Below, in pieces: positions 1 to 13,907 of a stretch of DNA of 64,000 nt. Source of the DNA: Paraspadella gotoi. Lineage: Eukaryota; Animalia; Chaetognatha. How positions within the stretch are numbered: position 1 is the stretch's first letter; the number at the start of each line of letters is the position of its first letter. The notes under the pieces were generated by a model. It saw only the letters and a program-made list of their open reading frames with translations, searched no databases and was not told where the DNA came from. The DNA lies in the NCBI GenBank assembly GCA_051294375.1, contig CM119265.1, positions 23,590,669 through 23,654,668 on the forward strand, given 5' to 3'. A program made the position numbers and the translations under genes.

Positions 1-339
1 TCCTCTGATTCCTCTTCCTCTTCTTTCCTCCACTTTTCTTTCACTTTCATGATTTTCTTTCCACGTGGTTTGAATTTTCCTTCACTCACACTTTTTTTTT
101 TAGGGAAGGAAATGTAGGAGGGAAGAGGAAAGAGGGAGAGGAGGAGGAAATAGGGAGGGATAAGAGGAAAGGTTGGGGAGANNNNNNNNNNNNNNNNNNN
201 NNNNNNNNNNNNNNNNNNNNNNNNNNNNNNNNNNNNNNNNNNNNNNNNNNNNNNNNNNNNNNNNNNNNNNNNNNNNNNNNNNNNNNNNNNNNNNNNNNNN
301 NNNNNNNNNNNNNNNNNNNNNNNNNNNNNNNNNNNNAAA

Positions 340-670
340 GGAAATACTGAGAGGAGAGCGAGAGAAAGAGGGCAAGGTCGAGAGTGAGAGAAAGGTAAGG
401 AGGGAGGAAGGGAGAGAGGGAAGGAGGAAATAAGGGAAGGATTAAGGAGAGATGACGAGAGGGGAGGAACAAGAAACTAATATATTATAGTTTATTAAAT
501 ATTAAATATTATTAAATGAATTGATAATTCATAAACATAAACGTCAACAGATATAAACATAAACATAAACGGGGAGAGAATTTGAATCAAAAAGAAGCAA
601 ATTTTTTTTGAGCTGAAATCTCCATCGTAATCGTCGTAATTATGGGCGTCGTTGTCATCGTGTGATGAAT

Positions 671-767
<97 letters not shown>

Positions 768-3560
768 ACGTCTTTCTCGGTCTCATCGCGATTCGTAATT
801 CATCGAGATTGTTTTGAGAATCATGTTTTAGCGATTCATATTATTTTTACCATAAATTATGTCAGGATTTTGTTTTTGTTGGTTATTGCGTAAATATTTT
901 TTGTCTTGTTTTTTCCCGCTTTATTTTTTTTTTATTTGCTTTCGATATTCCCTTCTTTCCTCGTCCACTTTTCTTTCACTTATTCATGGGATTTGGGCCT
1001 TTTCCACGTGGGTTCTTCGCATTTTCAACTGGAAACCTGCACGGCTTCACGTACACCCACTTGAGATGGATTTTCATGATTTGAGAGGTGAGAAAGGAGG
1101 GGTATAGCAAGTTACAAAATAGATTAGTATTGTAAATTGTACCAATTGTACAAAAAAAATGTAACAATTTAATGTACAATGTAGCATTGTAGCGTTTTGT
1201 AGAGCCACGAGGAATCATACAGGACCGATTATTGGCATTATTGTTTATTGTATTAGGAAAGTAGGTTCCCATCTTAGCTTTCTTTTTTGTATTACACGTA
1301 TTGAAAAGTTTTTACCAATTCGTCTAGAGATGATTTTGGGAAAACATTCTTTTCTAACTGATGGTAAACTTGTTTGACGTAGAGGAAAGTTGTGTAGTAT
1401 GAAGGTTGGAGTTTAAATTCAGCGGGTGATGGTGGAATGAAGAACTATGGTTTGAAACATTGTTTATTTGCCTAATTAATAAGGCCTTCAGTCTCCCTTG
1501 TCCTCCGCAACTTCTCAGCAACTGCAATGTTATTCTCCGTGGTGCATAATTGGACGAACTCCTTCACAAAGCATACGATGATTTTCTGACAGATGTGAAT
1601 ATGTATTATATTTCCTTGTCAAAGCAGTATTTGGTCATCTGTGTTGATAAAGGGAGGAAGACGCAGTAGTGGCTCTGAATTATTGCGATGTGTGGATCGT
1701 CCGGCGACAGCATTTTGTGCCGAGGGCGTGTAGGTTCAGTTTGTTTTTTTTTTTAAGACGCTTGACCGGTTGGGGTTTCTCTTCTTTGAATTAATGTTGT
1801 TATAAGTTAATAACAATTTTTCAAATGCGATATCATAGTCAACCAGCTGCTTTCGGCAATTTAGTTTAGATAAGCTCTGGGGTGGTGCTTTAAATATTTC
1901 TCTTCACTTTACTAAGGAGTTCATAGGTGTCTTCTGGAGACAGTTATTCGTTTTTCCACTTCTAAGTCCATGGGTTTTTCTTAGCCGTCGGGTGGCCGAC
2001 GTTGGCAGTATGGTGAGGGACTGGGGCGCTTTTTAAAAAAAAACCGGCAAAAACGTTACCTGGTGTTAATACGCCCTTAATCCGAGATTGCTCAGTGCTC
2101 TCAGTATGCTGAAGCGGTTCTATCACTAACTCGTAACCATTATTAGGTTCTTTACTGAGGGAAGAGAAACTTTTTTCGAGGTTAATGGGGAGGATGAGGG
2201 GCTTTGGGTATAGTAATTACATGTGAGTGAGGGTGGGGATAAAACAAAAAAAATTAATATTATAAAAACTATATATTTGGTGGAGCAGGCGATCTAAGGG
2301 CGGAGGGGAGGGAGAGGACGGAGTGGGGGGCGTGGAACGTGACAGGAGCGCGGAGGGTGTCGCGGAGCGCGGTGGTGGCGGGGATGGGCGCGGGAGGGTG
2401 GCCTGCGGATGTGGGCCGGGTCGGGGATTGTGCGAGGCGGGGAGTGACGGTGGTGGCGGGGCTGCGCGTGTGTGGTGGTCGGAAGTGGCGGAGAGGGGTC
2501 GGAGGTATGGGCGACGGGTGGATGGTGTGTAATTTATTATATATTATGTTATTTATATGCCATAATATATTTATAATAAGTATAAGAGTATATTAGAAGG
2601 ATAGGTGGGAATAATTATTTAAATAAATTATAATAAGTGAAAGTATGGGTAGTATGTATTATTAGATCTTATATATTATTATATATTAGGCATTATAGGA
2701 TGGTGTGAAAGGTGGGGAGAGAGATATAAGATATTGAGTATGGCGAGGTGAAGGGAGAGACGCGAACGGATGTAAAAGCAGGAGTGTGAAGTCTATGTGG
2801 GATATAGATATGTGAATACTGTGTGTGTGAGAGGAGAAGTATAGCAGAGAAAGAGGGCAAGGTCGAGCGCAGTGAAGAAGAAGGTAAGGAGGCAAGCGGA
2901 AGGGGAGATAGAGGCGGAGGAGGATAGATTAAGGGAAGGATCATAAAGGAACGAGACTGACGAGAGAATCGGAGCTGACACTTTCAAAGCATAAACGCGT
3001 AATAGTGTGTGATTAACCATTATAGTTATAAAGAACGTTACAATTATCGTAAATATTTATTAAATGAATTGGGATAAATTCAATAAACAAAAACGTCAGA
3101 CAGATATATAAACATAAACATAAACGGGGAGAGAATGTTGTAATCAAAAGATAGCAACACTGTTTTTGTTTTGACGCCTGAAAATCATCCCATTCGGCTC
3201 CTAATCGTCGCTAATTCAATCGGAGAGAGGCGATCGGAGGCTGTTTGTCCATCCGTGTTTGATGAATGTTCGGCTCGGTCGTGGTTCCGATCGGTCGTCC
3301 GGGATCGTGTACCCGTCGTCGTCGTCGTCGTCGTCAACGTCTTTCCTCATGGTCTCATCGCGATTCGTAATTCATCGAGATTGGTTTTTTTGAAGAATAT
3401 CATCGAGTTTTAAAAGTCTGATTTCATATATTATTCTTATACATAAATTATGGCTCAGGATTATTGTGTTAGTTGGGTTAAAATGCCTGCGTAAATATTT
3501 TTTTGGTCACTCTGATTTTTTCCCCGCGCTCTCTATTTTTTTTTTTGTTTGGGTTAATTT
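340..3560 (+). repeat. Direct duplication: 340-945 recopied noisily at ~2820-3560 (and 20-90 at ~950-1060)
   Basis: Colinear anchors such as AGAGAAAGAGGGCAAGGTCG, AAACATAAACATAAACGGGGAGAGAAT and GGTCTCATCGCGATTCGTAATTCATCGAGATT. Confidence 0.85.
671..766 (+). repeat. (GTC)n microsatellite, representative of many SSRs in the window
   Basis: Other examples: (TTTC)n 5803-5906 and 27512-27628; (TTTTC)n 13473-13552 and 59767-59897; (ATT)n 54461-54599; (CT)n 12151-12203, 31145-31208 and 60165-60249. Confidence 0.95.
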
Positions 3561-5801
3561 TCTTATTTGCTTTCTATTTCATTTCTTTTTTTCTTTTGTA
3601 ACCTTCTCTAAGGAACTTCTTCTTCTCGACCCTCTCTCGAGTCGTCCTTCTCTATTGTTCTTCGTCTCCGAGTAGGGCACGAAAGATATACTCGCTTCTC
3701 AGCTGCGCGCTCCCAATCCTCTCTCCGTTCCTCTCCCAGAGGCTTCGGGCAGGCTGAGGTATCTGTCGGTCCGATCACCGTCTCTCCCTCGTATCAAGTG
3801 ATAAACCTCTCGTCTCTCTCTCTCTCACTACTGTACGGGTTCTCTGGACCCGAACTGGGCGGCTGACTGGGTTTCGGAGTCTCCGCGACGCCAACTTTTT
3901 TTTCCCACACAAGCGACGGATCACGATTTTGAAAAGGAAAAGGAGTTCTTTGGTTCAAAACNNNNNNNNNNNNNNNNNNNNNNNNNAAAAAAAAGGAAAA
4001 AAAGGAAAAGGGCGACGTGAAAAAAAAATGGAGAAATGAGGAAAGCTAAAAGTGGGATAAAAGGTCAGACCAAAGAAAGAAGGAAGAGGGCGAAGCTAAG
4101 GAAAAGAAAAGGAAGAGAAAGAATTGGGTTGAATTTAAAGGTAAATAAATAAGAACAGTAATTTCAATGTGATTTTCTTTCACCGACACTAAAGAAGTTA
4201 AATCTTAAGAGAAAAAAGCAAAGGAAAGCGAAAGCGCGAAGGTAAAGAAGAAAGCAAAAGTTAAAGAAAGAAAAAGAAATAAGAAAAAGGAAAAAAAAGA
4301 GGTGAAGTGAAAAAACGATCTGTCAAATCGAATCTGACTCCGGAAAAAAGGAAAGTTCCTTTTTTTTTCATTTTTACTTTGCCTTTTCCTTTTTTCCTCC
4401 CTTTTTTCTCCTAAATAGCTCTCCTTCTTTATTTCTTCTTTTCTTTTTTTTCTTTTTCTCTTTCTTCTCTTCTTTTCTACTTTTCTTTTTTTTCTTTTTA
4501 TTCTCTTTTTTTTCTTCTTCTCTTTTGTCTCTTCTTTTCTACTTTTCTTTTTTTTTCTTCTCTTTCTTTTCTTCTTTTTTCTTCTCTTTTTTTTCTTCTC
4601 TTTCCTTTCTTCTTTTCTTCTTCTCTTCTCTTCTTTCCATCGACGGTGATTAATCGCGACGAGTCTCTCAATTTCGTCGACTCCTTTGACGCGATTGAGA
4701 CAACAGGCGAGTAAAACGACGACGACGACTACGACGACGACGACGACGACAACGGGCTAATCCATTTGAGGCAAAGACGATGACGACGACGACTACAACG
4801 ACTATGTAATAGGAAATCGTTCGGCAGATGGGGCGCTTACAATAAATTACAATTACTCGGGATAACCGCGTAATTCGCCGATTGTCTCAACTTTTTTTTT
4901 TGCCAAACGGAAAAACAAAACGATTTAACTTGCGGCAAAGGAACGAGGACGACGACGACGACGAAAACGACGATGAGGTTGAAGACGACGACGATGACGA
5001 CGACGAGGGCGAAGATAACCACGACGAAGAAGATGAAGAAGAAGACGACGACAATGCCGATGAAGACGACGACGACGACGTGAACTAAGAATAATACGAC
5101 GAAGAAAGACAACGACGTAAGTGAAGATGAAAAAAAAGGAAAAGAGCGACGACAACAGAAACGACGACGAAAAAGGACGACGACAACGACGACGAATAAG
5201 ACAAATATCCTCACCTCGAAATCGATTCCGCGTTTTCGAATGCGATGTTCTTTTTTTTCTTTTCTTTTTTTTTTCTTTTCTTTTTACTTCTTTTTTATCG
5301 CGAAATGCGGCGCAGAAAGAGACAATCGTATTTCGGAAAAGAAAGATTCAGATTTCGTGAGAAAAAAAAAGAGAGAGATCGATGTTGAGTCGTTTCTTCT
5401 CTTTTCCTTTTTATCTCGTTTACTCGTCACGGCAGTCGTTGTTGTTGTTGTTGTTGTTGTTGTCGTCGTCGTCTCGGTGGACGTCGTTTTTTGTTCGATT
5501 TTTTGTTGTTAATGTAATATTTTTGTTGTTGTTGTTGTTATTTTTTATTTTGTAGTCGTTTTTCCTTTTCCCTTTCTTCGTGGTCAACATAATAAAAACA
5601 AAAAAGGCAATGCGATGAACTTCGTTAGTAGAACTGACGTCGACACAGAAACAATAATAAGGAAGACTTCGAACGGAATCCCGATGACGACGACGACGAC
5701 GATGACGACGACGACGACGACAACGACGACTACGACGACGACGATGTCGAAGAAGAAGCCCGATGGCCACCACATTGGGTCTCATTAGCCGAGCTGTTAT
5801 G

Positions 5802-5905
<104 letters not shown>

Positions 5906-6167
5906 TGTTTCCCCTCTTTCTTTTTCCTCTCCTCCCCTTTCCAATATGGCGGACCTTGTTTTGCTCTAATTGTTTTCTAATCCTACTTCGCCCGCACTTA
6001 AACNNNNNNNNNNNNNNNNNNNNNNNNNAAAGAGAGAGAATGAGAGAAGAAGAGAGAATCCCAAAGGGCGATGAACACCGAAGAAACAATAAAAGACAAT
6101 GAATCCCCATAACATTCCCATTTTTAAAAGTCTTTTTATTTGAAAAAAAAAGTTTTAAAAAAGGAGA

Positions 6168-6671
6168 AACAATTAAGTTATGCACCGAATTTTCGAACAG
6201 TGAACAACTGAACAATTGAATTTTAAATGTACAACTTAAAAAGAAATAGGATAATTAAGTCTCGTCACATAATCAGATGATGGGCGTGGGTTAGACCTCA
6301 CACTGTAAGTACATCCGAGGCGCACAAAAAAAAAGGTTTCCTCTTTTAAATATTTTAATAGCTATCGACGGTTCTCTGTAAAGATTTGATATCAGTTTGA
6401 AAAGCGTCTAAAACAGTCCATTTCCCGATAGATAAACAAAATTACATTTATAAATCGTCCCACTCTTGTCTTTCTCGATCACCGTTCCGCTTCATCTCCG
6501 ATCGGTCGCGTTCATGACAACGCGTCTCCGTTTTCCTTTTTATTCTTTTTTTATTTTCCCTTTCCTTCTAATTTCGAATCGACAGAAGTACAACGGAAAT
6601 AAAAAAAAAGACGCGAAAGAGAGAGAGAGAAAGAGAGAGGAGAGAGAGACGAGAGAGAGAGAAGAGAGAGA

Positions 6672-6709
<38 letters not shown>

Positions 6710-7283
6710 GAGAGAGAGATAGGAAAAAAATCTTGTCCAATAAAAGTCAGAGGAAGAGAGTTTATCTGTCGGATTCGATTAGACGGAAAGGAAAATAAAA
6801 AAAGAATAAAAAGGAAAACGGAGACGCGTTGTCATGGAAACGGCGACCGATCGGAGATTGAAGCGGAACGAGTGATCGAGAAAAGACAAGAGTCGGGACA
6901 TTTATAAATGTAATTTTGTTCTATCATCGCGGGAAATGGACGTTTTAACGCTTTTCAACTGATATAAATTTTACGAGAACCGGTCGATAGCTATTAAAAT
7001 ATTTAAAAGAGGAAACCTTTTTTTTTGCGCCTCGGTGTACTACAGTGTGAGTCTAACCCACGCCCATCATCCTGGATTAGTGAGAGACTTAATTATCCTT
7101 ATTTTTTTTAAGTTGTACATAGTAGAAATAAGTTTGAATTTATTTGCAACTACGATTTTATTCAAACTTATTTCTACTAATCCAAACACAACGAAAAGAA
7201 AGGAAAATTCGCTAAGTTGTACATAAAATTCAATTGTTCAGTTGTTCACTTGTTCGAAAATTCGGGTGATAACTTAATTGTTT
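6168..7283. repeat. Inverted duplication (arms ~6168-6585 and ~6775-7283)
   Basis: Arms are indel-rich reverse complements around a (GA)n spacer; gaps lie on both sides. Confidence 0.85.
7122..7212. mobile_element. 91-bp hairpin insertion with 13-bp direct repeat
   Basis: TAAGTTGTACATA at 7109-7121 and 7213-7225. Perfect 20-bp stem 7120-7139/7160-7179. Absent from the inverted copy at ~6225-6240. Confidence 0.6.
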
Positions 7284-7295
7284 NNNNNNNNNNAC

Positions 7296-7400
7296 CTTTC
7301 ACTCTCAGTCTTTTACTGTCGGACTTTCACTCTCGGTCTTTTACTGTCGGTCTTTTACTATCGGACTTTCACTCTCAGTCTTTTACTGTCGGTCTTTCAC
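7296..7400 (+). repeat. 14-bp minisatellite x~7.5 (CTTTYACTSTCRGW)
   Basis: Direct inspection. Confidence 0.9.
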
Positions 7401-10400
7401 CTTTTCGAAAATACGTCACAAGGAAAATCTCCTCCTGGAAAAGTTTATCGGCCATTTTGTCGGGAAAAAATAAGGAGAGAAAGAAAAAAGGAAGGAATAC
7501 TGAGAAGCGAGGGAAATATTTGAGAGGCGAAAGACAGAAAGAAAGAAATAAAGAAAGNNNNNNNNNNNNNNNNNNNNNNNNNNNNNNNNNNNNNNNNNNN
7601 NNNNNNNNNNNNNNNNNNNNNNNNNNNNNNNNNNNNNNNNNNNNNNNNNNNNNNNNNNNNNNNNNNNNNNNNNNNNNNNNNNNNNNNNNNNNNNNNNNNN
7701 NNNNNNNNNNNNNNNNNNNNNNNNNNNNNNNNNNNNNNNNNNNNNNNNNNNNNNNNNNNNNNNNNNNNNNNNNNNGATTTTATGGAGTTTTTTTTTTGTC
7801 GTCCCAAGAAAAATTGGAGGACGGGTAAAGACAAAGCCTAACGCTTTGTCTGTTTTTGTGTCTGTATGTCTCTCTGTCAGTTTGTAAGTCTGTTTGTACG
7901 GCGTTTGCTTCTTTCCTCGGAAGGTAGCGTCGTTGTCACGAAAGATCCGACGCAGGTGAGAGAACTGTCAACTCATCGTCAATTTTATCACGAGTACGAC
8001 GACGACGACGACTGCAACGACGACGATAATAGAGACGAAAGAGGCCGTCAACATTGATCGGCGAAAACAAAAGGGCAACGGATGACGACGACGACAGCGA
8101 CGACGACGTCTACTCTCAGTATCCCCGGATTCTCGCGACGAAAACAANNNNNNNNNNNNNNNNNNNNNNNNNNNNNNNNNNNNNNNNNNNNNNNNNNNNN
8201 NNNNNNNNNNNNNNNNNNNNNNNNNNNNNNNNNNNNNNNNNNNNNNNNNNNNNNNNNNNNNNNNNNNNNNNNNNNNNNNNNNNNNNNNNNNNNNNNNNNN
8301 NNNNNNNNNNNNNNNNNNNNNNNNNNNNNNNNNNNNNNNNNNNNNNNNNNNNNNNNNNGAGAGAGAGAGAGAGAGAGAGAGACAATCCCACGAGATCGGC
8401 CTTTCAATGAAGATCGATGGCGTCTTGTTAATTCCAAATCGTCCTTTATTTTGTTATAAATGCGTCGACGCATCCCTTTAAGGTCAGTGGTTTGATTAAA
8501 AATTAGTTAATTTCTTTTATATATTTAATAAATCAGTTAATCGTTCGTACGTAAATTTGATTTGTTAATAATTATATTCATTTTGATATTAATTGACTAA
8601 ATTAAAAATTTTAATAAAATATTATAACTACTTATTACAGATATTTTTCATTAATTTTTCAGAATGACAGAGCGAACAAAAACTATAAATGACGATTTGA
8701 AAAAAATATTTAGTGTTTGCTTTAAATCATTATTATTATTTTAACTCTATTTATATTTANNNNNNNNNNNNNNNNNNNNNNNNNNNNNNNNNNNNNNNNN
8801 NNNNNNNNNNNNNNNNNNNNNNNNNNNNNNNNNNNNNNNNNNNNNNNNNNNNNNNNNNNNNNNNNNNNNNNNNNNNNNNNNNNNNNNNNNNNNNNNNNNN
8901 NNNNNNNNNNNNNNNNNNNNNNNNNNNNGAAAAAGACGCGCGTCTCGAAGAAATAAAACAAAAAAGAGCAAAGACAAAAAAAGTCCTAATCCCGAAGCGA
9001 AATGAAAAACATTCGTATGCAAATGAGATTTTTGATTGGAGGAAACAAACGGGCGATGGGAGGAAAGGAGGAAAGAGGAGATAAGGAGGAAGCAAAAGAG
9101 GAAGGGAGAAAAGGAAAGGAAAAAGAGGAAGGAAAAATGAGGGAGAGACAAAAGAAGGAAAGTAAAAGGCGGAAAAGAAGGAGGAAGGGAGAAAAGGAAA
9201 GGAAAAAGAGGAAGGAAAGAAGAGGGAGAGACAAAAGATGGNNNNNNNNNNNNNNNNNNNNNNNNNNNNNNNNNNNNNNNNNNNNNNNNNNNNNNNNNNN
9301 NNNNNNNNNNNNNNNNNNNNNNNNNNNNNNNNNNNNNNNNNNNNNNNNNNNNNNNNNNNNNNNNNNNNNNNNNNNNNNNNNNNNNNNNNNNNNNNNNNNN
9401 NNNNNNNNNNNNNNNNNNCGGAAAAGAAGAAGGAAGGGAGAAAAGGAAAAGAAAAAGAAAAAGGAAAGAAGAAGGAGGGACAAAAGAAGGAAAGTAAGAG
9501 GAAGAGAGAGGAGATTGTGAGGAAAGAAAGATTAAAAAAGGGTTTGTAAGAAAAGAAGAAAGAAAAGGAAGGAAGGAGGAAAGAAGAGGGCGGGCAGAGA
9601 GAAAAAGAAAAATGGTGGAAAAAGAATAAAAAGGAAAGATACAGGTCAGGACAATAAAGACACCAATGAATCCTTTGGGATGAAGACTGGAGCTAACAAT
9701 GTGACGGAGACGACGACGACGACGACGACGACGACGNNNNNNNNNNNNNNNNNNNNNNNNNNNNNNNNNNNNNNNNNNNNNNNNNNNNNNNNNNNNNNNN
9801 NNNNNNNNNNNNNNNNNNNNNNNNNNNNNNNNNNNNNNNNNNNNNNNNNNNNNNNNNNNNNNNNNNNNNNNNNNNNNNNNNNNNNNNNNNNNNNNNNNNN
9901 NNNNNNNNNNNNNNNNNNNNNNNNNNNNNNNNNNNNNNNNNNNNNNNNNNNNNNNNNNNNNNNNNNNNNNNNNNNNNNNNNNACGACGACAGAGGACGAA
10001 CATATGCTAACGACCAAAAGACTTCGATCGTCGAGAATCAGTAGAAATTTGACCCAAATTTAAAGANNNNNNNNNNNNNNNNNNNNNNNNNNNNNNNNNN
10101 NNNNNNNNNNNNNNNNNNNNNNNNNNNNNNNNNNNNNNNNNNNNNNNNNNNNNNNNNNNNNNNNNNNNNNNNNNNNNNNNNNNNNNNNNNNNNNNNNNNN
10201 NNNNNNNNNNNNNNNNNNNNNNNNNNNNNNNNNNNNNNNNNNNNNNNNNNNNNNNNNNNNNNNNNNNNNNNNNNNNNNNNNNNNNNNNNNNNNNNNNNNN
10301 NNNNNNNNNNNNNNNNNNNNNNNNNNNNNNNNNNNNNTCCAGAATCGGAATCCTGGATTTCTTCGTCCTGGGAAATCTCTCTCGCCCGAGGAAGCGGGAA

Positions 10401-12146
10401 ATGATGATGCTGATGATGACGATGATGATAATATTGCTTTTGATGGTGATGAGGATGATGATGACTATCAAGAAAATGATGGTGATATCATGATAGATGA
10501 TCATTTTGTGATAACGACGACTGTTAACGACGAGTGTTTAATAAGGCGGAACAGTTTGAAATGTAAAAGTTCTCCCAAATAGATAATGGTTAAGTGACTT
10601 TTAGAGAATATGAAAATGAAAATAGTTTTAAGATTTATCTTAGAATAACAAAGGTTTTAATTCTACCTTTCACTTTTAATTCTCCCTCAATCTTATCTTA
10701 TCTTATCTTATCTACGAACGCATGGAAGCATTTAAAATTTATCTTATTTATATATCAAGTGATAAATTTGTAACAATTTAAAAAAAATTCAATTCAGCTA
10801 ATGATTAATTGTTTTAGTCATTTCTTATATATTAATAAATATTTAAAAGCTTTAGTGTAACAACCCAATGAATTCGAAAATCGATTTAGTAGTAGAAGGA
10901 AAAAAATAAATTTATTTTAGAGAACTCAATTTTGAAAAAAGAGTTCAATTTTGGTCCGCCTTACTGTTTAATGGCGTATTATAAGCGACCAAGAGAGATG
11001 AAGTGATGGAGCAAAAAAAAAAAACGGGTCGTTGTCGTTGTTGTCGTTGTTGTTGTTGTTTGATGATTTTTTTTGTTGTTGTTGTTGTTATCCTTAATGT
11101 CGCGGATAAAAAACATCCGGTTTTAATCTCGACGACATTTATCGCCGAGATGATGAGAAAAACAAAGACAAAAACAAAAACAAAACAAAAAAAAAACAGA
11201 ACAAAAGACAAAAGGGATTCTATCATTTCGATGATAAAGTTTTATCAAAAAAAAAAAGTCGATTATTAACGCGATTGATTAAGAAAAAAAAGTCTTCATT
11301 ACGATTTGTTCTCTTTTTAGTTGCGCCGCGAGTGCTCGCCGAGCAATCCAATAAATCACTTTTTGGTCGGTCGGTCTTTGAAACTGTCAAATCTCCTTTT
11401 CTTGAAAAGAATTTTCGCTATTGTCACTTTTCCCAGAATCAAAATCACAAATCACAAAAAATTCGTCTAATTCATTAAGTCACAAAGTCAATTCTCTTAA
11501 AGTTGCTTTATCACAGTCATACATCACGCCAAATCTCCCAATTCCTTTCTTTTTCTTTTTCCTCCATTTTAATTATTTCACTCTCTCCATTTTTTTCTTT
11601 TCTTTCTTTCCTTCTTTTTTCTCTCTCTCTTTTTTCACCTCATAATCGAGTTACAAATCTTTTCTTCTTTTTTCTCTTTTTTTTTTCAGCCATTTCTTCT
11701 TTTTTGTTGGATCATATTCTCCATCTTTTTTCACAAAAATTTTTCTTTCTTTCTGTGAATGGAGTTGGGTTTTCGAAAGTCGTGATTTTCAAAAGTAAAA
11801 GGGTGAATTTATGAAGTGTAAACCCTAACGTTTATGTTTATATTTTACATACATTTCTCATCCGCCCAAGAATTTCTCTTTCTTTTTCGGTCGCCACAAT
11901 TTTAATAAAAACCAAACATTCGATATCTGTAAAAATGTAATACTATACATATAATATCTATATATATTTCAATTAGTTAATTACTTAATTTAACTTCTCT
12001 CTTCGTTTCCTTTGTATTAATTTTCCTCCAGCCTCCCGCCTTCCATCCTTCCTTCCTTCCTTTACGCACTCCATCAACTGTCCCCAAACCCGAAACTCTA
12101 ACTCCCCAATAATTAACTCAATTATGTCTCCTCTCCCTCCACCCCT

Positions 12147-12205
<59 letters not shown>

Positions 12206-12870
12206 GTCATTCCACGAAGAGAGTATTTTTTCCATTCACCCGAAACTGTTTTCCATTAAGCGTCGAATCGCGTCACTAATCACAATAACTCGGGAGGAGG
12301 ACGTGACCCGCCGCCTTTTTCCAACTGGGGTTGGAGGGGCGAGTGGGGAAGACTATGGAAAATGTAGCGGGACCGTTGCTCCGTGGGTTTTTGGCGCAGG
12401 CGTCGCNNNNNNNNNNNNNNNNNNNNNNNNNNNNNNNNNNNNNNNNNNNNNNNNNNNNNNNNNNNNNNNNNNNNNNNNNNNNNNNNNNNNNNNNNNNNNN
12501 NNNNNNNNNNNNNNNNNNNNNNNNNNNNNNNNNNNNNNNNNNNNNNNNNNNNNNNNNNNNNNNNNTCTCACTTAGACGTGAAAACTCATCAAACAAAAAA
12601 TATTAAACGCGAAAAGAGACGCAATAGAGACCAATAGAGACCCGATTGTGCGGAGAATTGAAAGTTAGGCCCATTTTTGAAAATTGGTTATATTTATCGA
12701 TGATTGAAACAGAGCGAACCAATTTCTCTGGGGGCTGATGTACTTCGACTAATTTTCAGCGACATCTTCAGTGGTATTTTCTATCTTGACATCGGATATT
12801 AGAGAGGAAATTATGTTGATAAATAAGAGTTTTCCTAATATACTTAAACACTTATTTTCGCGGGACCTTT

Positions 12871-12992
12871 TTTACAATTTATACAAATATTTTACCATTT
12901 CATTATAGGGAGGCCAGTTGCTCTGGGTCTGGGAATTAATTAACTACGTAGACCGTGAGAGAGTCTTGATCTAAAGCCTGTAGGGTACTGCT
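12871..12992 (+). repeat. Diverged fragment of the 61770-62250 element (5' part)
   Basis: TACCATTTCATTATAGGGAGGCCAGTTGCTCTGGG...AGACCGTGAGAGAGTCTTGAT versus TACCACTTCATTGACAGGGAAGCCAGGTGCTCTGGG...AGACTGTGAGATAGTCCTGAT. Confidence 0.7.
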
Positions 12993-13865
12993 ATGCTGCT
13001 AGATGTTAAAAAAATGTCCATGTCTAGGGTCTTGAGGCATGATGGCTATGTCTAAGTTATTTAATAAATAGATAATTTTTATTATTTGTTCAAATTTTAT
13101 CATATTTCTTTGTCTGTCGTACTATATTGCATCATGAATTTACAAAAACTATTTGTTTTTCGTGATATTAAACTGTCTAACTTGTATTTTAATTGTGGAG
13201 AAAGAGAAACTTGACAAGAAGCCACGTTTTGAGTCGAGAGACGTTATAATTTCACTCAAGTGAAAAGTTAGTATTGAACTCAGGTGAAATATTAGATTTT
13301 AACTTAACTAGTTCACGTTCCGAAATGACAAAAATCGGCCTCATTAGCTCGGGACGTTTTCGAAAAAAGCTGAAGAGGTTTCGTTTTTTTTCTCACAGAA
13401 ACCAGCTGAACTCCAAAAGCAATCACTGCGATGAGAAACTATGGCTTCTTTTCTTTTCTTTTTTTTCTCTTCTTTTCTTTTCTTTTCTTTTCTTTTCTTT
13501 TCTTTTCTTTTCTTTTCTTTTCTTTTCTTTTCTTTTCTTTTCTTTTCTTTTCTTCTCTTCTCTTCTCATCCCGCAACGTTTTTCTCTCTTCTTTCTTCTT
13601 TCTCATTTCTTCCTTTCTTTCTCCTCTCTGCCTTACTTTCTCCTTTCTTCCTTTCTTTCTCTTTTCTCCTTTCTCCCTTGTTCTCTCATTGACCCCGCAA
13701 CGTGGAGGCGCATCTTTTCTCGTTCTATCTCACACTAATTCTTCTTTTTTTGGTTTCTTTGTTCACTGTTTGTTTACAAACAGTTTAAAGTTATGTCACC
13801 GAGAGTTTCTTGGCCCGGATTTCTGGCGAACCACGATACTATATTTTTCACGCTTGGTCGGGTCG

Positions 13866-13907
<42 letters not shown>

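Noticed and set aside
4882-5088. Asp/Glu-rich acidic ORF
   Set aside because: Degenerate (GAC)n microsatellite lacking a credible start or splice sites.
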